Shown here: positions 39,682 through 49,529 of the stretch, piece after piece | How the letters are laid out: every line of letters starts with the position of its first letter | Position numbering within the stretch: the first letter of the stretch is position 1 | DNA from: Guillardia theta CCMP2712 | Lineage: Eukaryota; Protista; Cryptophyta | NCBI RefSeq assembly: GCF_000315625.1 | Contig: NW_005434667.1 | Location: 1,133,474 to 1,197,473 of the forward strand | Direction: 5' to 3' | Length of the DNA stretch: 64,000 nucleotides | The notes under the pieces: model-generated | What the model was told of the DNA's origin: nothing | The model's database searches: none | Seen by the model: the letters and a program-made list of their open reading frames with translations, nothing else | Program-made: the position numbers and the translations under genes

Positions 39682-42600
39682 CACCTTCTTCCTCCTCATC
39701 CTCATCCTCATCCTCGTCCTCCTACTCTTTGTTCTCGTCCTATGTCCCTCGTTTCTTATCCGTGATCGCTCTCTCTTTCCCTCTCGTCATCATCAGCCGC
39801 ACTCTCTTGGTCTGTCCCCCTCCTCGTCTTATGATCATCCGCTGCCTTCCTCTCGTCCCCCCTCCCCCCCCGGCCCATCTCTCCCTTTTAGGCCTTGCTC
39901 CTCTTTCCATTCTCCTGCCTCCATTGCTGACTGGAGTACAGGCTCTGCGAGATCAGCAGGCAGGCATCGGCGTGGAGGAGACGGGCTTATTCGTCGGCCG
40001 GGCGCTCAATCCCAACAGCATCGTCTACGACTACTGGCGCCTACTCCTCAAGTTCGTCGCCGTCTATGACTTTGTCGCTGTTCCCATCCGCATCGCGTTC
40101 AAGCCCTGGGGCAGCATGCTGAGTCCGGTCGCGCTGGGCACGGACCTGACAGCCGACTCAGTCCTCTTCCTCCACCTGTTCCTGGAGCTCAACACAGCCT
40201 TCAAGAACGAGCGATCCCTGTGGGTCACTCAACGGTACAAGATCTTCCGTCACGCGGACCTCTTTGTCATCTTCTCTGCTCTCCCTCTCGACTGGTTCGC
40301 CTACCTCTGCGGGGCCTCGCTCGAAGCCTGCGACTGGCTGCGGCTGAACAAGCTCTTCCTCCTGCGAGGAAAGATCTGGGAGATGCGAGGGGGGCCGAGC
40401 TTGAACCTTTCCAACACAACCACGATGATCTTGAGGATGGCGAAACTGATGGCAATGACGCTGCACGTCTCAGCTTGCATCTGGTTCTTCATCGGCAGAA
40501 GTTACGAATCCTGGTTCCCCAACAGAGCCATTAGCTGGTTCTATGTCAGCCCCTCCTACAGCAACATCACCTTCGATCACAACCAGAACTTCGCGATGGT
40601 CAACAGGAGGACGGGGGAGGAGTACCTCCTCTCCCTCTACTGGGTAGCCGCCACCCTCACTGTCAACGGCGCCGTCGGCGATATGATCCCGCAGAACGTG
40701 ATCGAGATCTTCTTTACTATCGTTCTCATGGCGCTCAACATGACGCTGTACCGCTGGGTGATCGGAGAAGTCTCGACGATCATCATGAGCGCAGACGATG
40801 ACGTGGTGAAGAGGAGAGAGCAGATGGAGAAGATAAAGATCTTCATCTCGGGAGGAAAGTTCTCCTCGAAGCTCCAGGAAGAGATCAAGTCTCACTTCTG
40901 GGCGGTTCAGAACGGCTCCACCCTGGATCAGACGGTGATCTTCAAGGGGCTCAACCATGGGCTACAGGTGGAAGTCGCTCGCTTTATCTCCCGCAAGCAC
41001 CTCGACAACGTGGAGCTGTTCAAGGGATGCAGCGAGTTCCTTCTGGACGGCGTGTGCGTACTGCTGAGGGAGGTGTCGTTCATGCCGGAGGAAGTGTTGT
41101 TTCATGTGCTTGAAGGTAAGATGAGATGATAGCGTTGGCGATACAGTGTGGCCTCCTCCTACTCGTTTCCTGCTCATTTTCTCTTCCTCCGTTTCTCCTC
41201 TTCTCCACCTTCTTTCTTCACCTGCTCTTCTCTTCCTCTACTCCGTTCCCTCCTCCGCTTCCTTCCATCTCCTCCACTGTCACTGACTTGTTCTTCTAGT
41301 CTCCAAGGCCATGTTCTTCGTTGTGAGCGGGGCAGTGGAGGAGGTACAGGAGAAGGATGAGGGAGAGACAGTGACTGCCGTCCGACGCACCAACCACTCG
41401 GTAGGAGGCCTTGCCTTCTTCTTCGGGCTGCGGCAGCTGGAAACAGCGAGGGCGTCCAAGGGAGGGGCAGTGTGCTTGCGGTTGGAGCGAGAGAGCTTTG
41501 TTGAGCTCCTCAAGACCCACCAGAGGGACGAGGATGTCATTGCACAGAACGCAATGCGGTCGTTCGAGGTGGTGAACAAGTCTAGGATGGGAGGCAGCAG
41601 CAAGCACTCGGGGTACTCGGGGATGTCAAGCCAGTCGAGCGGGTCGTCGAGGAAGAGGAAGAGGAAGGAGAGGTTCGACGAGGAGACAGCGTCCAAAAAG
41701 TCCGGGGGTAGCACCTCCAAGAAATCGTCCAACTCCAAGATGTCAGAGGAGAAGTCCACCACTGTCTCTACCAATCTTGAATCTGACAACTCGGTGAGCC
41801 TGCTGCCTGCTGTCTTCAGTCCTGTTGTCTTGCCTGCCCCCTTGCTAGAAAGTGCTGAATGTGATGATCGTGACGATGGTGATGAATTTTTCTTCCTCTC
41901 TCTTGTCCTCGTCTCTGCTCTGACTCTTCTTAGGACGATTCCTCGGAGCTCGTGGCTGGAGAAGGCACCAACGACAAAGTAGCGATGCTCAAGGTCCGGA
42001 GAAAGAACGAGAGGATCGTCCTGCTCCTCTCTCTCGCCGCGCATGGCGATGTCGATAAGGTCAGGAAGCTGCTCGCCAACGCCGAGGCCTCGGTCAACGA
42101 CGAGGACGGACTCAAACGCACAGCCCTGCACTTGGCGGCAAGCGAAGGGCACGGGGAGCTGGTGAAGGTTCTGCTCAAGATGAAAGCGGACGCGAACCTC
42201 AAGGACTCGTTTGACAACACGCCGCTCAACGACGCTGTTCGCATGAAACACGACAAGGTCGCCAAGCTCATCCGCGATGCTGTCCCAGGCATCCGCGTGC
42301 TGCTCCCTGGCAACCAGGCAGGCGTTCTCATGTGTCAGGCTGCGGCAGACGGCGACCAGGAGCAGATCAAGCGGCTGCTTGAGAATGGCGTTGGGATCGA
42401 CGAGAGCGACTACGACGGGAGAACGGTACTCCCCGCCCCTTCGCTAGCTCCTCTTCTTCTCCTGCTCCCCCTGTTCCTACCCCCGCGCTCGCTCTGTTCT
42501 GTTCGCTCCTTGACTCCCTAGCCTTATGTATTCTGCGCTCACTCGCTCACCGCAGGCACTACATCTTGCTTGCTGCGAGGGGCATGTCGACTTGGTTCAG

Positions 42601-43623
42601 TTTCTGCTCTCCTCAAAGGCGAACATCGCATGCCAGGATCGCTTCAAGGGGACGCCGCTGGAGGACGCGGTGCGGCACACGTTCGACATCAGGAACGCGG
42701 GCCACGTGCAGTCGATCCTTCGAGAGTTCGGGGCGAGTCTGGCAATGAAGAAGAGCGACTATGCCGCCAAGATCTGCTCGCTTGCAGCTCGGGGAGACCT
42801 GAGGATGATGCAGGTGCTGGTTGACAACGGGGTTGAGGTCGACATCGCCGACTATGACGGCCGTACCCCCCTCCACCTGGCGGCAGCCAACGGGAACACG
42901 TCGATCCTGGAGTACCTCATCCAGCAGGAGGGGGTGGTGGTCAACGCGACTGACCGGTTCGGCTACACCCCCCTCGACGACGCGCTGCGGCACAGCAAGA
43001 AGACGGCAGTCGCGATCCTGGAGGAGGTGGGCGGAAAGACGCACGAGGATCCGGCGCTGGTAGCCATCATGGAGGAGCATACAGCAAGGATGAAGAAGAG
43101 GAAGCGAGAAGAGACCATCCCCAAGATCGCCGAGCTAGTCAAGAACAGCCCGGAGAGTCATGCACTGCAGTGGACGGAAGAGGAGCTGCTTCCAAGGATG
43201 AAGGACGAGCTAAGGGCGGTGGAGGAGACGCTGCAGGAGATCGAGAGCCTCTGGAAGGAGACCGAGCTGAAGCTCAACTCGCAGATTCTGGACTTCTACT
43301 TGGTCTGTGTCGAGCTCAGCACGTCCATGGCTCCTCTGTCCAAGGACTGCAGGAAGAAGATGATAGCGATGAGGCGGCTGCTTGAGAGCGAGTACTCGGA
43401 GTCAGGCCCCATCTCCTGCAAGATGTGGATCTCCCTGTCGTCAAAGTTCCGGCGGGTGATCGGAGATATCATGCTGGACTTCAGGAACTACCTCCAGCTC
43501 CTCAGGATCGCTAAAGACCTCCTCAAGGAAGTCAGCAAGCAGCAGAAGAGAATGAAGTTCGTGACTGAGCAGAGCTCGCGCCGCGCTTCGTTGATTGCGG
43601 CAATGGAGGAAGGACCGGATTGA
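34060..43623 (+). CDS. Giant tandem CNBD/ankyrin (AKT/Shaker-like) cation channel with two 6TM-CNBD-ANK units and a central CNBD-like domain; about 14 exons, about 2,750 aa
   Basis: Unit 1: S1 WLRFMMLPLAYELWAFPFRLAF, S5 HWVGCLYYFLA, P-loop ALSNLAYDLGLP, C-linker VKQFMESKSLPVSLQERV, CNBD, ankyrins DYDRRTALHVA. Unit 2: WRLLLKFVAVYDFVAVPIRIAF, HVSACIWFFIG, SLYWVAATLTVNGAVGDMIP, CNBD, ankyrins DYDGRTPLHLAA. The linking introns (about 37050-37094, about 37255-37328, and 39551-39941) are phase-compatible. Confidence 0.88.
39565..39680 (+). repeat. (CCTGCT)n microsatellite in intron 39551-39941
   Basis: Directly visible; it produces the false poly-Leu and Cys-Ser runs in the ORF track. Confidence 0.92.
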
Positions 43624-43904
43624 AGATCCAAGGAGGATGTACTTTTTTCAACTGTGGGACGACTATGTATTTTTTTCAACTGTGAAAACGACTATGTACA
43701 AGGATGAAAGATAGGCATAGTATTGAAGGAAATGGAATGAACAAGAATGTAAGGTAGACATAATAATGAAGGGAATTGAACAATCAAGTATGCAAGAGAG
43801 GCGTGATGAGGGAAATGGAATGAATGAACGAGTATGAAGGAAGGGAAGGGACGAACAGGTATAATAGCGTGCACGAGAGGAGGAGGGAAATGTCAGTCAA
43901 AACG

Positions 43905-45371
43905 TCAGTCATGCGGCTGAAACAACATCTTGGATAGCGAAAGTTCGTCCATGGCCCTTGCGATTCCCCGCATTCGGTTCCTCCTCGCCTGTATGTTCTC
44001 CTCCATTGCTCGCTCCTCCTTCTCCTCCTCCGGCTCTCCCACGTACAGGAAGCCTTCCGGCGGCTCCCAGTACTGGGTCAGGTCTGCCATGCACATTCAG
44101 CAACACCTTCAGCTGAACTCCAGCAGTCACGTGTTGGCAGGTAGGGTCCGATGGGCTCCCGTTTCGGCCCCAGCAGCATCTGGTTGGGCGGCCGCTTGCC
44201 CCAAAGCTTGAACATGCTCGCGAGTCTGAGCGCCTCCTCCCCCCACCAGGACGGGAAGTGCTGCACCCTCGCCTGCGCAGCTGCGGTCAAGCTCAGCTAC
44301 CCCCAAGCTCACCCACCTGAATTTCGACCTGTGTCCTCTCTCCTGCAAGCTCGTCAAGTGCTGGAGCTAGCTGGCGGGCGCAAGTCACCTGTACCATTCC
44401 CGAAGTCTCGATAGCTCGGGAGGGTCAACGTGATGTCCTTGTGGAGCTCCTGCCAGCAGCAGCATCGTTAGCGTCGTCATCTACCTCGCCAGCCTCGTCA
44501 CGACCTGATCTGTCAAGAAGGACAAGAGAGTCTCGGCGAAGTCGATGGACGTCAAGTTCCAGGCGTTGAACTTAGAGGCGTCAAATGTCTTCTTCTGCTC
44601 CTCTAGGAATGTTCTGATCGCTTCCTCGCTCCTGTTGGTTCGCCCATACGGTACCGTGTGCAGCCTCGTACCGAAAGGGCAGCAGCGCGCGTCGTAACTG
44701 ATGACGCCATTGTAAGCGCAGTACGTCCACTCAGTGCCGTGGAGGAAGATGCTGAGCTGCCACATCCCGAACTCCATCGGGTCGCTCGCGTCCTCGTCTG
44801 ACGCCAGGAACCTTGCTACTCCCCTGAGGTCGTAGTAGTTCACATAGACGCGAGGAGCTTCGGGATGCTGCTGAAGCTCAGCCTCCTCAATCGCCTCCAC
44901 CATGATCTCATCTGCTTTCGTCTGAATTGCATGGCAGATAAGCTCCTTGTCCGATGAGACGCCATTGCTGATGTTGCCGCGAACGGCACACACCCGAATT
45001 TTCTTGTACCTTGTCTCCAGTTGCTCATCCAGCGTATGATATGCTGAGGGATCTGCATCGGCATCGAATCCCAGGAGATCGTACAGTTCTCTCTTTCTGT
45101 CTTCGTCCTCTGCGCACTCTACCGACCCTGATGCTTCTCCTTCCTCCTCCGGATCGTGAAAGCCTCGGGCATCACCGACAGCTCCTCCTCTCAACTGCCA
45201 GCGCAGCCCGACGAGAGGAGGAGGACTTGAACTTGCCGCCATGCACATCACTGATGCACTTCGAAGCTCTTCAACGTGCCGCTGGCTCGCCATCGCGCTC
45301 ATCATCCACCATAGCAACGGCATGATCCGCCCCCGCCCTCGACCCGCCATCACTTTGTCATCGTCCCCCAT
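43905..45371 (-). CDS. PPPDE/DeSI-family protein lacking the catalytic His/Cys dyad (pseudo-isopeptidase)
   Basis: VYVNYYDLRGVAR...GMWQLSIFLHGTEWTY...GRT...FNAWNLTSIDFAETLLSFLT aligns to the DESI1 pattern VYDLS.G.AR...GIWHTSIVVH..E...[20 protein letters not shown]. Confidence 0.72.
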
Positions 45372-45479
45372 TCCTCCAACCCTACCCCTGATGACTACCC
45401 CTACCCTTGTTTTTGTACAGGGGAAGAACCCCCTTTGATCTCGTTTTTTGTACCACCCTACCCTCTTGTGGTGTGCGAC

Positions 45480-47070
45480 ATGCAGATCGAGCTTGCTCAA
45501 GGCGTGTTCGTGAGGTAAGCATGCACTGGAGGCGAGGGGAGACGGTGAGATGGCAGCAGCAGCACAAGGAGGGAGGGAGAGAGAGGGAGAGAGAGAGAGA
45601 GTCGGAGGAAGATCAGGAGGAAGATCAGGAGACAGAGCAGAGTAGGGGACGAGGAGGAAGGAGGAAGGAGGGGAGAGCGGGTAACCAAGTGATGGGACGG
45701 GGTAGACATCGTTGTAGCTTGTGAAAGCCATGCCGTCAAGCAGAGGAGAGAAGATGATGCGTGTGGCACTTGCACTGAAGTTTCTAACGAGACAGCTGGG
45801 GGAGCTGCTGGGATCAAGATGCTCGAGACGCTTCCATCACGCACGCCATCGTCTTCACCAACAAAGAGCAGCAGGGCGAGTTCAAGGGCGAGACGTTGCT
45901 GGTGCGAGTGCATGGGAACAAGGGGGAGGATCATATGAAAGCTTTCACGGACATCCGGCAGTTTTGCAGCCATGCTCTCGCTTCAGATGTCAAGATCCTC
46001 TTCACGTGCACCGAGTATCGTCGGAGCCCCCACGGCTCTGGGTTGGATGGTCGTGTGCTGACCGGCGCGATATCGTTCCTCATGTGCCAGAGGCAGCAGA
46101 GCCTGCGCGGGTGCTGTGATGAGGTACAGGATGTGCTGATGACGTCTGGAGTCCGCGAGGAGGAGATGAGAGCTCTCAGTCCGTACCTGTTCTCCTCCCT
46201 CCTTCTGTGGTCCGAGACGCTGGAGTTGGCGGATTCCGCGTCAGCGGTCGAAGAGGCGAGGAAGTTGCTGGTGGAGAAGAGCTCGTATGTTTGCCTGGCG
46301 AGTGAAGGTTGTTGACTTGCTCTTCTTTCAGCGATCAAGCTTGGGTTGCAAGCCTTCCGTTTCGAGCGGGAGACGGCGGCAGAGCAGCGGGGAACGCCTG
46401 GATCTGCTTCGAGGGATACTGGCTTGAGGTGGAGATGGTGCGGTCAGACCCGCGTGTCTGCTGCGTCAAGAATCTTGTGAGCCAGGAGGAGGCAGAGGAT
46501 TTGATTGCAGCAGCGAGCGACGTGGGGCTGAAGCAGAGCCTGGTTGCATCCATGAGGGAGAAGATGGGAAAGGGTTCTTTCGACGCCGCGGGCCTGAAAG
46601 AGCAAGGGATCTCCGAGGGGAGAACGTCGACCAGCTGCCGCGTCCCTCGCAGCCACCCAGTAGCAGCAGCTGCAGTGATGCGAGCAGCGTTCTTGTGCGG
46701 TGTGAGCCCCCACTGCTCCGAGGCTGTTCAGGTAGTGCATTACGAGCGAGGGCAGCGGTACGACGTGCACAACGACTGGTTTCAACCCGGCACCCCTTAC
46801 TACCACGACAGAGTCTGTCTGAGCTGTTGCTTCCTCCTCCTCTGACGACCGTTAGATTCGATCCCGAGGGCAACGCATCATATCGTTCTTCTGCTACCTC
46901 TCCGAAGTACCGGAGGGACAGGGAGGATGTACCTTCTTTCCCGAGCTGGATCTCCGCTTCCGTCCCAGCAAGGGCTCAGCAGCCTTGTGGTACAACCAGG
47001 TCGGTCCTCGAGGTCCCTTGCCATGTCATGACCATCATTGCAGAAAATCTCAGGCGAGATGGACGAAAGG
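45480..47070 (+). CDS. Degenerate dual-specificity-phosphatase-like domain fused to a prolyl 4-hydroxylase-type 2OG-Fe(II) oxygenase; the 3' end is lost in the assembly gap
   Basis: The spliced N-terminus (intron 45515-45795) reads MQIELAQGVFVSWG..ASITHAIVFT..VKILFTCTEYRRS..AISFLM..SPYLFSSLLLW. P4H motifs: DPRVCCVKNLVSQEEAEDLI, RTSTS, VQVVHYERGQRYDVHNDWF (HxD), RIISFFCYLSEV..GGCTFFP. Confidence 0.75.
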
Positions 47071-47127
47071 TGTGCTCCCTCCCTCCACACTCAACTCCCT
47101 CCCCTCCCCTCCCTCCCTCCATCCCTC

Positions 47128-47227
47128 NNNNNNNNNNNNNNNNNNNNNNNNNNNNNNNNNNNNNNNNNNNNNNNNNNNNNNNNNNNNNNNNNNNNNNNNN
47201 NNNNNNNNNNNNNNNNNNNNNNNNNNN
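47128..47227. other. Assembly gap (100 N)
   Basis: Run of N characters. Confidence 1.
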
Positions 47228-47299
47228 GATCCACCTTCCTCCTTACTTACTTTCCCTATTTCTCGTACACGTCGCATGGTTCAACTTTAATCTCCGCGC

Positions 47300-49107
47300 T
47301 CACTTAGTCGGGGTCTCCAAAATTTTCCTGAGGGTCTTGAAGAACTCGAGCCCCTGGGACGAGCGTCAAAAATCGCGAAGGAGCAGCGACGTGCTCCTAC
47401 CTCCTTGCCGAGCGAGTTAGCGAGTCCTGACTTCTCCATCTCATCGATGCTGCGGAACATGTCCTCCAGGTTGATACCCATCTCCTGTTCATTCCAAAGT
47501 TACCCTCTCTGCACATCGCTCGCTCCAACAACGCTTCTACTCCCTCCCCCTCCCGCACCTTGAAAGATCTTTTGACTTCTGCGACCTCCTCCGGGCTCAC
47601 TCCCTCCTTGAGCACCTCAGACAACTGCGCTTGCAGCATGGGGAGAGCAGCCTGAGGATAAAGAGGTCAGCAGGAGGAGCAAGCAGCTCCAGCACGGGGT
47701 TACCGCCATCATCTCAGGGTCCATCTCCCCGGGATTCTGCATGCCCTTGTTCAAGAGATCGTCCATGGAGAAGTCACTGATGATCTTCTCGCGCTCCTTC
47801 TCGTCTCCAGTCTTTGGGCCATCAAACTCGCCCACCAGTTCGACCTGCTCGCGCTCAGCTGGAAAGCTCCTGACACGATCAGCTTGTACCGTGGCAGAAG
47901 ACCCTGAGGCTTGCTTGGTGCTGTTGGTCCTGCAAGAGGGCGATCAGAGAGGAGAGAAAGGCATGAGAGAAGGAGGTGGGAGCTCGAGACTGACTTGAAG
48001 TTCATATTGGTTTGATCCTTCGCCATCTTCTCCAACTCCTCATCGCTCAACTTCTTTGACTTCTTGAAATTGTACTTGTCGCGAACGTCCTTGACCAGCT
48101 TCTCGGGAGGAGCGCGATACGTTCCGAACTGCGGAGCATTAGTGTACTGAAACGTCTTTGCTCCTGGTCCTGATTGCGCATGTCAGGCTAAGAGAACATG
48201 TGCAGCATGTGCTAACGGTTGATGCGCGGGTCGTCAAGGATGGAAGCGTCAATCTCGATGCCAGACTTCTGTGACAGCATCTGCCTCAACTGCAAATCCA
48301 CGTCACTCATCACGCGAGAGCAAGAGGACGACCAGAGTCTACCTGCTCTGCCTTCTTCTTCTCCACGTTCTGATAGAGCATGTAACCCACTCCTCCAGCT
48401 GCGACTATGCCTGCTCCCCCGATGAAGGCAGGGTGGGTCACCACACGCAGAGGAAGAGGCTTGAAGTTTGGATCCGCTAGCTCTGCCACTCTTGCTGCAT
48501 ACGCCTCCTGCGAGGGCAAGACGATCTTCGGATCTTGCATGGCTTGCTCCACCGCATAAGCTGCCTTCCCGCCATTGAACATGGCGGGAGATGCGAAGAT
48601 CGCTGCAGCAGCCCCAATCTTGCCCATCATCTTGCGAATCCTACAGGAATGTAAGTATTGTGTGACATCCACGTACGAGAGGTCACCTCCCATCCTTCAT
48701 CTCGACGTTGCAGGCAGCGGCATTTCTCCTTCCCTTGATCTTAATCGTATCAAGTCTACCAGCGATGCCCAGTGGTGATTGAAAGGCAAGAGATGTCTCA
48801 AGAACAGCTCCTACGAGCAGCAAAGTCCAGAACTGATGAAAACCAATACATCATGTTCGCCCAAATCCATTGTTCTTGACCTTGTGTCAAATAATATATT
48901 GCATATCACTCCAGATAAAACAACAAACAAAAATATCCGAGAAAGCAAGCAAAGTGAAAGAGAATTCAGACATGTGCAGCACTTGCAAACATAATCTGAG
49001 ACACCTTCGTGTCATTTTCAACAAGGACATGTTCTATCATTCACGCGCATCTCAACCCGGCATGACTTCTATTCCCGCCACGGAATTCCCTTCCTCACCT
49101 GCGCCAT
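47300..49107 (-). CDS. Hypothetical plastid-targeted membrane protein (multi-exon)
   Basis: MAQ|FWTLLLVGAVLETSLA-FQSPLG..RRNAAAC is a signal peptide plus a Phe-initial transit peptide (ASAFAP-type). A later TM helix reads AFIGGAGIVAAGGVGYMLY. The protein ends GLEFFKTLRKILETPTK*. Confidence 0.75.
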
Positions 49108-49282
49108 GGCGGCCGCCTCTCGAGGTCTTTGCCGTTACACCTGTAAATTATTCGTAACGGATTTCATCCGACACAGTCACTATTCACAGTACGGGGTCAA
49201 GCCTCCGGGCCGGCGCGGGGGAATTGTCATGCCGTTGTGCGCGCAGTTAAGTGAAGGTATCAGTTAAGTTTGGGGGACAGCA

Positions 49283-49313
49283 GTACTGATTTTTAACTCA
49301 ACTTTGAGTAAAG
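49283..49313 (+). repeat. Solo copy of the intergenic ~30-bp motif (GTACTGATTTTTAACTCAACTTTGAGTAAAG)
   Basis: Two mismatches against 32928-32958. Confidence 0.9.
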
Positions 49314-49529
49314 AGAGGCCCACGGTGCCCGGACGGCAGCCGCGCCCGGCCCGGCAGCGAGTTGGTATCTGCGCGGCCCGCTACTTGAAGTTGCAAACTT
49401 GCAGAGTTGAGTTCAGACAAATTTCTGATTTTCGAACCAACGATTGACATTCTTTCAATCAGTCGCACTTACACTACAAGCAAAGTCCAGACACTCCTTT
49501 TGGATCGCTAACTTAACATATGCTAAGCT

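Noticed and set aside
39551-39941. Poly-Leu TM segment or Cys-Ser metallothionein-like stretch in ORFs 37178 and 39435
   Set aside because: These are translations of an intronic (CCTGCT)n repeat. The flanking exons join in phase 0.
41280-43080. Long antisense ORFs (e.g. 41280-42251, 42613-43080; also 20995-21519)
   Set aside because: They are shadow ORFs caused by GC3-biased codons of the real genes on the opposite strand, and they carry no motifs.
43637-43700. Short duplicated TGTA(C/T)TTTTTTCAACTGTG..ACGACTATGTA downstream of the channel stop as a regulatory element
   Set aside because: There are only two imperfect tandem copies and none elsewhere in the window, so it is most simply a local duplication.
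45480-47070. Truncated or pseudogenised P4H, or a functional link to the collagen-like gene
   Set aside because: The missing C-terminal motif coincides with the 100-N gap. The collagen-like gene is 20 kb away and has a secretory-type N-terminus, while this P4H lacks a signal peptide.
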